A DNA stretch of 64,000 nt from Minisyncoccota bacterium (GTDB taxonomy: Bacteria; Patescibacteriota; Minisyncoccia; Minisyncoccales; JAGOPM01), in the NCBI GenBank assembly GCA_041651395.1, contig JBAZJI010000001.1, positions 827,920 to 891,919 of the forward strand, given 5' to 3'. The translations under genes were made by a program, and so were the position numbers. The notes below the pieces were generated by a model. That model was given only the letters and a program-made list of their open reading frames with translations, searched no databases and had not been told where the DNA came from. Each line of letters starts with the position of its first letter. Position 1 is the first letter of the stretch. Shown here piece after piece: positions 18,943 to 29,300 of this stretch.

Positions 18943-21039
18943 TTATTTGAATAACGCAACCATGGCCAAGCTTAAAGTTCCCAAAAGCTTGACTAAAACG
19001 TGAAGCGAAGGGCCGGCCGTATCTTTGAATGGATCGCCGACAGTATCCCCGGTCACAGCCGCACCATGAGTCTTGCTGCCTTTGCCGCCTTCATGACCAG
19101 CTTCAATAAATTTTTTGGCATTATCCCAAGCGCCTCCGGCATTGTTCATAACCGTGGCCAAAAGCACGCCCACGATTGTGCCAACCATAATAAAACCAGC
19201 TACCTCTTCCCTACCCATAACCACACCTACAAAAATTGGCAAGAGCACAGCCAAGAGTCCGGGCATAACCATTTCTTTGAGAGCTGCTGCAGTAGTAATG
19301 TCCACGCACTTAGCATAATCGGGTTTTTCTGTGCCGCTCATTATCCCGGGCTTTTCCTTAAACTGCCTGCGCACCTCCTCCACAATGGAACCAGCCGCAT
19401 TACCGACAGCCTTAAGGGCAAAAGCTGAGAACAAGAAAACAAGCATAGCCCCCAAGAAAGCACCGATAAAAACCGTGGGCTTTTGCAAGCCGACAGTTTC
19501 TAAACCGGCATCCTTTAAGAAGGCCGAAAATAATAAAAATGAAGCCAGGGCCGCCGAACCCATGGCATAGCCTTTAGTAATGGCTTTGGTAGTATTGCCA
19601 ACGGCGTCGAGCTTATCAGTCGATTTGCGAACCTCTTCAGGCAAATCAGACATTTCCACAATACCTCCAGCATTGTCAGTAATAGGGCCAAAAGTATCCA
19701 TGGCTAAAATATAAGCGGCCGTGGAGAGCATGCCCATAGTGGCAATAGCTGTGCCAAAAATACCGCCCCCGATCATGGCTTTTTCTCCCAGCCAAAAAGC
19801 CGAAAGTAAAGAGATGGCAATAATCATAACCGTAGAAGCGGTCGACTCATAACCGACAGAAAGACCGGCAATAATATTGGTAGCCCCGCCAGTGCGAGAA
19901 GCCTTAACGATATCCTTAATCGGCTGATAATCGCTAGAAGTAAAATATTGGGTAACTAAGACAAAGGCCCAACTGGCAATCAAACCGACATAACCGGCCG
20001 CTAACAGATACATCCAAGTAGTGGGCAAAATCGCCGAAAATGTATAAGAAATCGCAAAGTAGAAAACAATGGCGGATAAAACTGTAGAAATGATAAAACC
20101 CATATTCAAAGCCTTCATAGCATCGCCCTCATTATCAACTTTGGTCAAAGCAATGCCGATAATAGAGCACACTAAACCCAAAGCGCGGGCCACTAAGGGG
20201 AAAAATATTACCCCGATAGCCAAAGCTTCTTTGCCCACGAATAAATCGGGCCGAGAAGCAACTAGGGCGGCGCCCAAAATCATGGCACTGATATTCTCCG
20301 CCGCAGTGGATTCAAAAAGGTCAGCTCCGCGGCCGGCGCAATCCCCCACATTATCACCGACAAGGTCGGCAATAACCGCTGGGTTGCGAGGATCGTCCTC
20401 AGGAATATTCTGCTCGATTTTTCCCACTAAATCAGCGCCGACATCGGCAGCCTTGGTATAAATACCACCGCCTAACTGGGCGAACAAAGCCACCAAAGAA
20501 GCACCAAAACCAAAACCCGCAATTAAATTAGGAATATGCCCAATCTCAACTTTTCCAAAAGCCATATAAATGGACACCATAATACTAATGCCCAAAAGCG
20601 ACATGGCCGTAATAATAATTCCGGAAATTGCCCCACCCTTCATAGCCGCATCAAAAGCCCGGGAAAGGCCTTTTTGGGCGCCCGCCGCAGAGCGAATATT
20701 GGCGCGGACTGAAATCCACATACCAACATAGCCAGCCACCACTGAACATAAAGCCCCGAAAAGAAAAGCGGCGGCAATCTGCCAACCAGCGGCGCCGGCC
20801 GCTTCGCCACCCATACCAAAAATAGCCAAAACAGCCGCCAAAACAAGAGAAATCAAAACGATAGTTTTATTCTGCCTCTTAAGATAGGCATTAGCGCCTT
20901 CCTTAATAGCATCAGAAATAGCCTGCATCTTGGCAGTGCCCGTGTCGGCTTTTTTAAGCGACAAATAAAGCCACCAAACAAACCCTAAAGAAAGGAGAGA
21001 GATGGCAATCGGCAAAATGAGATGTATATCTAGACTCAT
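18943..21039 (-). CDS. hppA: membrane H+-translocating pyrophosphatase, K+-independent type
   Basis: 698 aa and polytopic, with GDNVGDCAGRGADLFES and DNAGG motifs. GNTTKAITKG has Lys at the known A/K determinant position, which predicts K+ independence. Confidence 0.93.
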   Translation of the reverse strand: MSLDIHLILPIAISLLSLGFVWWLYLSLKKADTGTAKMQAISDAIKEGANAYLKRQNKTIVLISLVLAAVLAIFGMGGEAAGAAGWQIAAAFLFGALCSVVAGYVGMWISVRANIRSAAGAQKGLSRAFDAAMKGGAISGIIITAMSLLGISIMVSIYMAFGKVEIGHIPNLIAGFGFGASLVALFAQLGGGIYTKAADVGADLVGKIEQNIPEDDPRNPAVIADLVGDNVGDCAGRGADLFESTAAENISAMILGAALVASRPDLFVGKEALAIGVIFFPLVARALGLVCSIIGIALTKVDNEGDAMKALNMGFIISTVLSAIVFYFAISYTFSAILPTTWMYLLAAGYVGLIASWAFVLVTQYFTSSDYQPIKDIVKASRTGGATNIIAGLSVGYESTASTVMIIAISLLSAFWLGEKAMIGGGIFGTAIATMGMLSTAAYILAMDTFGPITDNAGGIVEMSDLPEEVRKSTDKLDAVGNTTKAITKGYAMGSAALASFLLFSAFLKDAGLETVGLQKPTVFIGAFLGAMLVFLFSAFALKAVGNAAGSIVEEVRRQFKEKPGIMSGTEKPDYAKCVDITTAAALKEMVMPGLLAVLLPIFVGVVMGREEVAGFIMVGTIVGVLLATVMNNAGGAWDNAKKFIEAGHEGGKGSKTHGAAVTGDTVGDPFKDTAGPSLHVLVKLLGTLSLAMVALFK

Positions 21040-21080
21040 AGTGTTTTATTTTATTACTTTATTTTTTATTTATTAAATTA

Positions 21081-22304
21081 TCATTCCGCAGTTTCGCCGC
21101 CCATATCCCCTATCTTGATAGCGGACTCATCAATCTTTCCTTCTTCGTCCATCGTAATCACCTCGCTTTCATCTCCGCCTTCAACCTTAATATCAATTTT
21201 CCAACCAGTGAGCTTAGCTGCTAAACGCACATTCTGCCCTCCTTTACCAATAGCCAAAGAAAGCTGATCCTTGGGCACAATAGCCATGGCGGTATTTTTA
21301 GGCATGATACGCACTTCGTCCACCTTGGCCGGAGAAAGAGCGTTGGCAATGTATTTTTGCGGATCCTCATTCCATTCAATTACATCAATCTTCTCACCGC
21401 CCAATTCGTTGATGACTGCGGCGATACGGGTGCCGCGTTGGCCCACCATAGCGCCAATCGGGTCTACGCCCTCGGCTAAACTTTGCACGGCAATCTTGGA
21501 GCGAAAGCCTGCCTCCCTGGCAATAGACATAATTTTAATCTGCCCACCCATAATCTCGGGCACTTCCAATTCGAACAATTTAGAAATCAATTTGGGGTGA
21601 ATCCGAGAAACAAAAATCGTCGGGCCTTTGGGGCTATCTTCCACGCTCAAAACATAAACACGGAAGCGCTGCTCCGGCCTATAAAATTCCCCTTGAGTTT
21701 GCTCTTCCTTGGGCAATACGGCAAAGGCTTTACCCACATCCAAATAAATAGCCCGCGATTCTACCCTTTGCACAACACCGGAGACAATCTCACCTTCCCT
21801 AGTCTTAAACCGGCTCATCACTGATTCGCGTTCCACTTCTTTTATTTTTTGCAATAAAACCTGTTTGGCAGTTTGGGAAGCGATGCGGCCAAACTCAATC
21901 TTGCTTGGCAAGGAAATTTTTATCTCATCTCCCAAAACCAAATCAGGATTATCTTTTTTGGCATCTTCCAACAAAACATGGCGCTCCGGATTAAAAACAA
22001 TTTTCTTGTTTTCCGGATCCTCCATCTGCTCCATAGGCACACCCGCTTCATGCTTGGCCTGTAATTCGGCCAATTCTTTTTCGGTGTAGCACATCTCGGG
22101 GCTAACCACGGTTTTTACCTGCCAAAATCTCATATTGCCGGATTTTGGCTCAAACTCTGCCTTAATAACTTGGCCTTTCTGCCCGTATTCCTTTTTATAG
22201 GCAGCCGAGATGGCGGCTTCGGCCACTTCCAAAACCTTTTCAGGCGGAATGGCCTTTTCTTCCACTATCTGGCTGAGGGCTGAATTAAATACTTTAAGAT
22301 CCAT
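21081..22304 (-). CDS. nusA: transcription termination/antitermination factor NusA
   Basis: 407 aa with an N-terminal domain, an S1 domain and two KH domains (..GQRGTRIAAV.., ..AIGKGGQNVRLAAKLTGWKIDI..). Confidence 0.94.
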   Translation of the reverse strand: MDLKVFNSALSQIVEEKAIPPEKVLEVAEAAISAAYKKEYGQKGQVIKAEFEPKSGNMRFWQVKTVVSPEMCYTEKELAELQAKHEAGVPMEQMEDPENKKIVFNPERHVLLEDAKKDNPDLVLGDEIKISLPSKIEFGRIASQTAKQVLLQKIKEVERESVMSRFKTREGEIVSGVVQRVESRAIYLDVGKAFAVLPKEEQTQGEFYRPEQRFRVYVLSVEDSPKGPTIFVSRIHPKLISKLFELEVPEIMGGQIKIMSIAREAGFRSKIAVQSLAEGVDPIGAMVGQRGTRIAAVINELGGEKIDVIEWNEDPQKYIANALSPAKVDEVRIMPKNTAMAIVPKDQLSLAIGKGGQNVRLAAKLTGWKIDIKVEGGDESEVITMDEEGKIDESAIKIGDMGGETAE

Positions 22305-22343
22305 AAAATATGATTAAAACCCGTTTTTCATAACGGATCTATC

Positions 22344-23024
22344 TTATTGTAACCCCTTATCCTTGTTTGTCAACTGCTGAAATAATTTAATATAACGCAG
22401 CTCGTGCCATTGGTTGTCGTCAAAAACCAACCGAGCCTTAAAAAGTTCCCAAGGAGTTTTGGTATGAAAAAAATCCCGCAAAGGCGTCAATCTTTTGAAC
22501 AACAAAGGTAAAAATATTAAAGCGGTATAAATCCCAGCCGTTTCCCAAAAATCCATAACCGGAGAAACAAAAATAACCACTAATAAAGCAATAATAGTGC
22601 TAATTGAGCCGTCCAAAAGGGCGCCCAGCGCAAAATAAATTGTCACGCCCAAAATTGCTAAAGTCGGAGAAAAGGCCAGTAAAGCTCCGGCATAAGTGGC
22701 CAATCCCCTGCCCCCGGCAAAGGAAAGGAAAATGCTCCAATTATGCCCAAAGACCACGGCACAGGCAAAGGCAACCAACCACGGGTCAGAAAACCCAAAA
22801 TTATACATAGCTAAATAGACAATAAAAAAACCTTTGGCCGCATCCAATAAACCCGAAACTATCCCTTCAATAATTCCGACATTTTTATAGACATTGGAGG
22901 CAGAACTTTTTTTCCAGCCGACCTCCATCACATTAATTTTCTTAAAAAGTAATGGCACTAAAAACGAAAACGGAATAGAGCCGATTAAATAAGAATATAG
23001 TAAATATACCCAATGATTGAACAT
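22344..23024 (-). CDS. plsY: glycerol-3-phosphate acyltransferase PlsY, divergent paralog
   Basis: ATG 23024 lies 1 nt after the upstream stop (TAAtATG); the ORF is open to 23123. The PlsY motifs are diverged: LIGSIPFS, SSASNVYKN, LLDAAKG, FGHNWSIFLSFAGGRG. Confidence 0.8.
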   Translation of the reverse strand: MFNHWVYLLYSYLIGSIPFSFLVPLLFKKINVMEVGWKKSSASNVYKNVGIIEGIVSGLLDAAKGFFIVYLAMYNFGFSDPWLVAFACAVVFGHNWSIFLSFAGGRGLATYAGALLAFSPTLAILGVTIYFALGALLDGSISTIIALLVVIFVSPVMDFWETAGIYTALIFLPLLFKRLTPLRDFFHTKTPWELFKARLVFDDNQWHELRYIKLFQQLTNKDKGLQ

Positions 23025-23025
23025 A

Positions 23026-23652
23026 TTAGATCTTTTTTTCAAATGTCGTTTCTTCGCCCTTGATGAGTCTCCTAATATTCTCCCGCAAAGCAAAAGCGAT
23101 GATGAGGCCTTCCAACACGGCAAAAATTACAAAATCCAAACGGTGAAAATAAAACCAAGATACCAAGGCAAAAACCCAAGGGAATAATAAATTAGCAATA
23201 CTGGTTTTTTTCCAAGCCAAAACAATTAGCATAAAAACTACAAATATTCCCAGGAAAACCAAAAAGCCTTGCAGGCCAAATTGGCTGACGCAAAGCGCCA
23301 AGGCTCCCCCAATAAATGGAGCCCCACCCTTACCGCCCTTAAAATTAAACCAAATTGGGAAAATGTGCCCCAGAGTCGGAATAATAGCCAAAACCACCAT
23401 CCGATAGGGGTCACTAAAATAATGCGCGCAAATCAAAACCGGAATGAACACCTTAAAAAAATCGAGCAGGCCATTGCTTAAACCCCACCAAAATCCCAAA
23501 GCCCTGGCCACATTAGTGCTCGTAGCGGATTTGCTGCCAATGGCGGTTAAATCAACTTTTTTGAATTTGGCTACAATATAACCAAAACAAACCGAACCTA
23601 TTAAATAATTAGTGATGGCCCAGAACCAAAAATTAGAGAGGAATGTTTCCAT
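23026..23652 (-). CDS. plsY: glycerol-3-phosphate acyltransferase PlsY (acyl-phosphate dependent)
   Basis: 208 aa with LIGSVCFGY, GSKSATSTNVAR and LGHIFPIWFNFKGGKGGA. Confidence 0.88.
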   Translation of the reverse strand: METFLSNFWFWAITNYLIGSVCFGYIVAKFKKVDLTAIGSKSATSTNVARALGFWWGLSNGLLDFFKVFIPVLICAHYFSDPYRMVVLAIIPTLGHIFPIWFNFKGGKGGAPFIGGALALCVSQFGLQGFLVFLGIFVVFMLIVLAWKKTSIANLLFPWVFALVSWFYFHRLDFVIFAVLEGLIIAFALRENIRRLIKGEETTFEKKI

Positions 23653-25171
23653 GTTTTCTCATTATTTTTTCTTCGCTTTTATTTTTCATAGATTCTAAAA
23701 CCTTGCCCAAAGTGGCCCGCGTATCTTTGGGATTAATTATGGCATCGATTTGACCGGCTTGGGCCGCAGCAAAAGGATTTAAGAACCGTTCTTTTAACTC
23801 GGCAATCTTTTCTTTAACTAATTGTTTAGGGTCCTTGGCCTCAACAATATCCTTGCGATAAATTATTTCCACGGCCTGTTCCGGCCCCATAACTGCCAAT
23901 TGGGCGTCAGGCCAAGCAATAACCATGTCATAGGCTAAATGTTTGGAACATAAAGCAATATAAGCGCCGCCATAAGCTTTGCGCAAAATTAAAGAAATCT
24001 TCGGCACACTGGCGCGCGCGTAAGCATATAAAACCTTGGCGCCATGCCTAATAATACCTTTTTGCTCTTGATCCTTGCCGGGCAAATAGCCGGGAGTATC
24101 CACAAAGTTGATAATGGGAATATTGAAGGCGTCACAAAAGTTCACAAAGCGCGCAATCTTATCACTAGAATCAATATCCAAAACTCCGGCCAAAACTTTA
24201 GGCTGGTTGGCAACAAGGCCCACGCTCTGCCCAAAAAGCCGCGCGAAACCCACTACAGCATTACCGGCAAATTCGCTTTGCACCTCAAAAAAAGAAAACT
24301 TATCAAAAACCTCCGAGATAACTTCCTTGCAATCATAACCCTTCTTATCATCACTAGGCACAATATCAGCTAATTTGAGATTCTCCTCCTTTTCTAAAAC
24401 TTCATCAAGCAGCGTGCGCTGCATTGGCACATCCTCCAAATTATTCTGCGGCAAATAGGCTAAAAGCTTTTTCACGCCACGTAAACACTCCTCCTCCCCT
24501 TCAAAGCTAAAATGGGCACAACCACTCTGAGTATTGTGCACTTGGCAACCTCCCAAATCTTCCAAAGAAACCTCCTCGCCCTGTACTTTTTTAACTACCT
24601 CGGGACCAGTAATAAACATCATCGAAATTTTTTCGACCATAAAAACAAAATCCGAAAGCCCCGGCGAATAGGAAGCGCCTCCGGCCGAGGGTCCAAGTAA
24701 AACTGAAATTTGCGGAACTACACCCGAAGCTTTGATCATTTCCCTAAAAATCAAACCGTAACCATCTAAAGAATAAACTCCCTCTTGAATCCGGGCCCCA
24801 CCCGAATCAATCAAGCCGATAACTGGACAACCATTAAGACGCGCTAAAGAAATGCACTTGGCGATTTTTTTGGCATGCTGTTCGCCCAAAGAACCACCAG
24901 ACTGCGAAAAATCTTGTGCATAAACATAAACTTGCCGGCCGTTAATTTTTCCAAAACCAGCCACCACACCATCGCCGAAATATTTTTCCTTACCATCCTC
25001 GAAGCGCGATTTGACTAAAGCGTCCAGCTGCACGAAAGTGTTCGGATCCAAAAGAAGATTAAGTCTCTCCCCGACACTGAACTTGCCTTTCTTGTGCTGT
25101 TTTTCGGCACCGCCTTTATTTTTGGCCTCTTCGAGCATTTCGTTTAATTTGTCTAAATTATCTTTGGGCAT
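23633..25171 (-). CDS. acyl-CoA carboxylase carboxyltransferase subunit (PccB/AccD5-type, fused beta-alpha CT)
   Basis: 512 aa. It shows the typical carboxyl_trans family layout, with two crotonase-like halves (..GGARIQEG.., ..AYGGAYIA..). Confidence 0.9.
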   Translation of the reverse strand: MPKDNLDKLNEMLEEAKNKGGAEKQHKKGKFSVGERLNLLLDPNTFVQLDALVKSRFEDGKEKYFGDGVVAGFGKINGRQVYVYAQDFSQSGGSLGEQHAKKIAKCISLARLNGCPVIGLIDSGGARIQEGVYSLDGYGLIFREMIKASGVVPQISVLLGPSAGGASYSPGLSDFVFMVEKISMMFITGPEVVKKVQGEEVSLEDLGGCQVHNTQSGCAHFSFEGEEECLRGVKKLLAYLPQNNLEDVPMQRTLLDEVLEKEENLKLADIVPSDDKKGYDCKEVISEVFDKFSFFEVQSEFAGNAVVGFARLFGQSVGLVANQPKVLAGVLDIDSSDKIARFVNFCDAFNIPIINFVDTPGYLPGKDQEQKGIIRHGAKVLYAYARASVPKISLILRKAYGGAYIALCSKHLAYDMVIAWPDAQLAVMGPEQAVEIIYRKDIVEAKDPKQLVKEKIAELKERFLNPFAAAQAGQIDAIINPKDTRATLGKVLESMKNKSEEKIMRKHGNIPL

Positions 25172-25172
25172 A

Positions 25173-25709
25173 TTATTGGCTGATTATTTTCAAATTATTT
25201 TGCAGTTCCTTGACTAAATGTTCCAAAATTTCCTCATTGTTGGCTATCTTTTTAGCCTCGATTAAAACCGAGGTGGCAATATTCTCGACTTCCTTAGGCA
25301 TCCGCGAAATATTGGTATTCAGCCCAATACCAATAATAGAACAAAGCAAATCACCTCCGATAATATTTTCCGTCAGTACGCCACAAATTTTCTTGCCATT
25401 CACGTATACATCATTGGGCAATTTTATCATAGGCTCAATGGGAAAATGTTCCTTAAGTATTTTTGCCACCGAGAAAGCCGCCAAAATAGTAATGAGTTGC
25501 AAATCGACAATGTTGGCTTTGGGCAAAATGACAGAAAAATAGAGCCCACCATTAGGACTAGCCCAAAAACTTTTGGCCTTACCATAACCGCCACTCTGCT
25601 CCTCGCAAACCACGACGGTCCAGTCTGGCGCGCCCTCCAAAGCCAGCTGTTTAGCCACACTCTGCGTCGACTCGGTAATCGGAAATTTTTTGATATTAAA
25701 TCCTTTCAT
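25173..25709 (-). CDS. birA: biotin-[acetyl-CoA-carboxylase] ligase, catalytic domain only
   Basis: 178 aa with no HTH. QSGGYGKAKSFWASPNGGLYFSVIL aligns with the GRGRxGRxWxSPxGxLYxS biotin loop, but the Arg residues are replaced. The gene sits between the CT and BCCP genes. Confidence 0.8.
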   Translation of the reverse strand: MKGFNIKKFPITESTQSVAKQLALEGAPDWTVVVCEEQSGGYGKAKSFWASPNGGLYFSVILPKANIVDLQLITILAAFSVAKILKEHFPIEPMIKLPNDVYVNGKKICGVLTENIIGGDLLCSIIGIGLNTNISRMPKEVENIATSVLIEAKKIANNEEILEHLVKELQNNLKIISQ

Positions 25710-26128
25710 TAATTAAAAATAATTAAACTCTCATTTTTGGTGACGACCTTATCCTTTTGCGCCTTAACCTCTTTGATTACCATATCCCCTTCAGCTACTA
25801 GTTCGTTTTCCATTTTCATAGCTACAATAGTCACTAACTTTTGGCCTCTTTTGACATCTTCCCCATCTTTAACCCACACCACCGAAATTGTGCCTGAGAG
25901 CGGTGACTTCAAAATTTTCGAATCCACTTTTTTTGATTCCCGGCTAATATTGCCCTGCATCACCTCTTCTAAAGCCGAGGGGCCAACTAAATTCATAGAG
26001 CCATTATCACTGCTGAAAAAATAATCCTTATCATTGATTTCCACGCGCAAAATATTGCCCGGCATTTCCTCGATTTCGATTCGAAACTCATTTTCCCTGA
26101 TTTTGACATTCTTCTTAATCATAATCAT
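25709..26128 (-). CDS. accB: biotin carboxyl carrier protein
   Basis: 139 aa. The C-terminal biotinyl domain contains VAMKMENE (the biotinyl-Lys MKM motif). Confidence 0.9.
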   Translation of the reverse strand: MIMIKKNVKIRENEFRIEIEEMPGNILRVEINDKDYFFSSDNGSMNLVGPSALEEVMQGNISRESKKVDSKILKSPLSGTISVVWVKDGEDVKRGQKLVTIVAMKMENELVAEGDMVIKEVKAQKDKVVTKNESLIIFN

Positions 26129-27663
26129 TGCATCATTTTATACCGATTACTAATCTTCCAACCGCTTTTTATCTCCTTGCCCCCGGACATTTTGGCCATG
26201 CCTTTATAAACCTCGGCAATTATCTGAGCCAAATCATCTTGGTGGATTATTTCCTTTTCCTTGACCTTTTTAGGTGCCACGAATATGCAGCTCTTTTTTA
26301 TCGCATCAATAATTTTTTCTTTTTCAATAAAATCAGTAGAAAGATTTCCCTTTTGAAAATTTTCGTTTTCCAACATTACTTTGTGCATTTGCGCATTAGT
26401 AATAATCCCTTCAATCTTATATTCGCTTAAAGCCCGGGCGGCTTTTTTTAATAAAGCCTCCCGCTGGGGCGCAAAAACCACCAGTTTGGCAACCATACTA
26501 TCAAAAAATGGAAAAACTCTTTGGCCGGGCTGTAAAAAAGAATGTACCTCCACTCCCCGACCCTGCGGTATTAAATACTTGGCAACTGTGCCCGATTGCG
26601 GTTGAAAATTTTGGCAAGGATCTTCGGCGCAAATGCGAAATTCCATGGCATGGCCCCGGAAAAGCATCATATCGATTTGAGCCATTTTTAGTTTTTCCCC
26701 TCGGGCCATCTTTATCTGCTGTTCTACTAAATCAATACCGGTAATGGCCTCAGTAATAGGATGTTCTACCTGCAAACGGGGATTAACTTCGCCAAAATAA
26801 AAATTCTTTTTACTATCCATCAGGAACTCTACCGTTCCCACTCCTTCGTATTTAAGGTGCTTGCCCAAATTAGCCGCAGCAGCGCCCATGCGCAAACGGG
26901 TAATATGATCTAAAAATGGGCTAGGCGCCTCCTCAATTAGCTTCTGGTGCCGGCGTTGAATCGAACATTCGCGCTCAGGCAGCCAGACCACATTACCTTT
27001 ACCGTCCCCGATTATTTGAAATTCAATATGACGGGGCCCGACTAAATATTTTTCAATAAAAATCCTATTAGAGCCAAAAGCGTTCAATGCCAAACGCTGG
27101 AGCTTTTGAAAAATCTCTTTGAGATTTTTAATATTATTCTTATCGATTATCTCAATGCCAATCCCGCCACCGCCATCTACGGCCTTAAGCAGGCAAGGCA
27201 AACCAATTTTTTTTATAATTTTTTCCGCTTCCTTATCGTCTTTAACGGTCGAGGGGGAACTTGGTAGGATCGGCAAGCCGCATTTCCTGGCAATACGTTT
27301 GGCCTCAATTTTATCTCCCAATTTTCGGATAGTCTCGCCACTGGGCCCTAAAAACTTCAGGCCGTTGGCTTGGCATAAATCAGAAAAGTCCGCATTTTCA
27401 GCCAAGAAACCATAGCCGGGATGGATAGCCTGCGCCCCACATTGTCTGGCAATGGTAATGATTTTTTTCTGGTCCAAATAACCCAAAAGCCCATCCTTTT
27501 CCAAATAGTAAAATTCGTCGGCCAGCTGCGTTTCCAAAAAATCCTCCTCCATCCCCTTTTGCGGACACAAGGCTACGGTTTTAATTCCCATTTCCTTGGC
27601 TGTTCGGATAACGCGCAAAGCGATCTCCCCTCTATTGGCAATCAAAATTTTTTTGATTTCCAT
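26125..27663 (-). CDS. accC: biotin carboxylase
   Basis: 512 aa ATP-grasp protein. It has the KILIANRGEIALRVIRTAKEMGI N-terminus and the ..EVNPRLQVEHP.. motif, plus about 60 extra C-terminal residues. Confidence 0.94.
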   Translation of the reverse strand: MEIKKILIANRGEIALRVIRTAKEMGIKTVALCPQKGMEEDFLETQLADEFYYLEKDGLLGYLDQKKIITIARQCGAQAIHPGYGFLAENADFSDLCQANGLKFLGPSGETIRKLGDKIEAKRIARKCGLPILPSSPSTVKDDKEAEKIIKKIGLPCLLKAVDGGGGIGIEIIDKNNIKNLKEIFQKLQRLALNAFGSNRIFIEKYLVGPRHIEFQIIGDGKGNVVWLPERECSIQRRHQKLIEEAPSPFLDHITRLRMGAAAANLGKHLKYEGVGTVEFLMDSKKNFYFGEVNPRLQVEHPITEAITGIDLVEQQIKMARGEKLKMAQIDMMLFRGHAMEFRICAEDPCQNFQPQSGTVAKYLIPQGRGVEVHSFLQPGQRVFPFFDSMVAKLVVFAPQREALLKKAARALSEYKIEGIITNAQMHKVMLENENFQKGNLSTDFIEKEKIIDAIKKSCIFVAPKKVKEKEIIHQDDLAQIIAEVYKGMAKMSGGKEIKSGWKISNRYKMMQ

Positions 27664-27666
27664 AAA

Positions 27667-28359
27667 TCAAACTTCTTGTGGGCTGATATTATCCATTTTG
27701 GCCTTCAAAAGCCGAACCTCATACATGGCCTTATCGGCAATGTCCTGCAAAACTGCCCCATATTCTTCACTGCCGTATTTCAACATTTTAATTTTTTTCA
27801 TTTCTTCATGAAAATATAATGGCTTGCCAACCACCAACTTCACGGTCTTTTTCCATACCGGCTTTTCTCCTGGCGGCGCCAATTCATAAGTGCCCGAAAG
27901 ACACATAGGCAAAATCGGCAAGCCGGTATTCACAGCCAAAACCGCGCAACCTTTTTTGGCTGTGCCCATCTTGCCGCTGCGCGAACGCGTGCCCTCCGGA
28001 TACATAAGGATAATATCACCCTTGTTCAAATATTTTTCCGAGGCGGCTAAAACCTCCACCCCAGACTCTTTGGAATTGCGATCTAAAGGAATGGTGCCGG
28101 TTAAATAATAAATAAAATCCCTTAGTTTGGCCTTAAAGCCCGAATATTTATCCACTTGACCGATAAAGTGGAAAGGTCGCGGCGTGCAAACACTGCCACA
28201 AATCAGCTCATCTAAGTGACTCAAATGATTAGAAACCAAAATGTAATTGGTCGGTGGGATATTTTCCCAGCCGCCGGATTCTTTGATGAGCCGGCCAAAA
28301 ATTATCGGCCTGACGGTATAATTGCAAAACCAAGAAAGGAACCTATTCATATTATTCAA
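27667..28359 (-). CDS. plsC: 1-acyl-sn-glycerol-3-phosphate acyltransferase
   Basis: 230 aa with the HX4D motif NHLSHLDE and the YPEGTRS motif. Confidence 0.9.
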   Translation of the reverse strand: MNNMNRFLSWFCNYTVRPIIFGRLIKESGGWENIPPTNYILVSNHLSHLDELICGSVCTPRPFHFIGQVDKYSGFKAKLRDFIYYLTGTIPLDRNSKESGVEVLAASEKYLNKGDIILMYPEGTRSRSGKMGTAKKGCAVLAVNTGLPILPMCLSGTYELAPPGEKPVWKKTVKLVVGKPLYFHEEMKKIKMLKYGSEEYGAVLQDIADKAMYEVRLLKAKMDNISPQEV

Positions 28360-29296
28360 ATAAAGTTTGAGCTTTTCCGGCTAAGTTTTGAGCCTCGGCA
28401 ACAATCTCCTCGATTATTTCCGCACAACTTTTTATCTCCGAAATGCCCCCGGCAGCAATACCGCAAAGCAAAGGCGCCATATCCGTATTGCCCGCTGCGA
28501 TCTTGGAGCCGGCGATGCGCTCAGATTTCATTTCTTCCGGAAAGGGATTTTTTTCTTCGAATTTTTCCTGTATTTTATAGAGTTTGTTTTTGATAACTCT
28601 AATCGGGTGCCCGGAGAATCTGGATAAAACTCCGATTTCCTCGTCCGTGGCATTTAAGATTGCCTGCTTATAATTTTCGTGGACTTGGCATTCCTTAGAA
28701 GCCATAAAACGCGTACCGATTTGCACGGCCTGCGCACCTAAAGCCATAGCCGCCAAAAAAGTCCGGCCATCATAAATGCCTCCACCGGCCACAATCGGGA
28801 TATTTTTTACAACATTGGCAGTTTGGGGCACCAAACACATGGTGGTATTTTCCCCAATATGTCCGCCTGACTCCAACCCTTCCACTACCACGGCATCGGC
28901 CCCATTTTGTTCCATCTTGGCAGCCAAGCGCACCGTGGGCACCACGGCAATTAGTTTGATACCCGCTTGTTTCAAATAAGGTATCAAAGGTAAGGGATTG
29001 CCTCCCCCGGTGCAGGCCACGGCCACTTTTTCTTCAATAAGCACCTTAACCAACTCCGCCACTTTAGGGTTTTGCATTAATAAATTTACACCAAAAGGTT
29101 TATCGGTCAGAGCTTTGGTCTTTTTAACTTCCTCACGCACCCACTCTGGTGTGGCAAAACCTGAACCGATTACCCCTAAGCCTCCGGCATTGGAAACTGC
29201 CGCTACCAAATTAGCTTCCGAAACTCCGGCCATGCCTCCCTGGATTATCGGATATTTGACGCCTATTGCTTTGCAAAATCTATTATGTTCAAACAT
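28352..29296 (-). CDS. fabK: FMN enoyl reductase of the FabK / nitronate monooxygenase family
   Basis: 314 aa with YPIIQGGMAGVS.. and ..GGGIYDGR.. TIM-barrel NMO motifs, in a lipid-gene context. Confidence 0.8.
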   Translation of the reverse strand: MFEHNRFCKAIGVKYPIIQGGMAGVSEANLVAAVSNAGGLGVIGSGFATPEWVREEVKKTKALTDKPFGVNLLMQNPKVAELVKVLIEEKVAVACTGGGNPLPLIPYLKQAGIKLIAVVPTVRLAAKMEQNGADAVVVEGLESGGHIGENTTMCLVPQTANVVKNIPIVAGGGIYDGRTFLAAMALGAQAVQIGTRFMASKECQVHENYKQAILNATDEEIGVLSRFSGHPIRVIKNKLYKIQEKFEEKNPFPEEMKSERIAGSKIAAGNTDMAPLLCGIAAGGISEIKSCAEIIEEIVAEAQNLAGKAQTLFE

Positions 29297-29300
29297 GATA

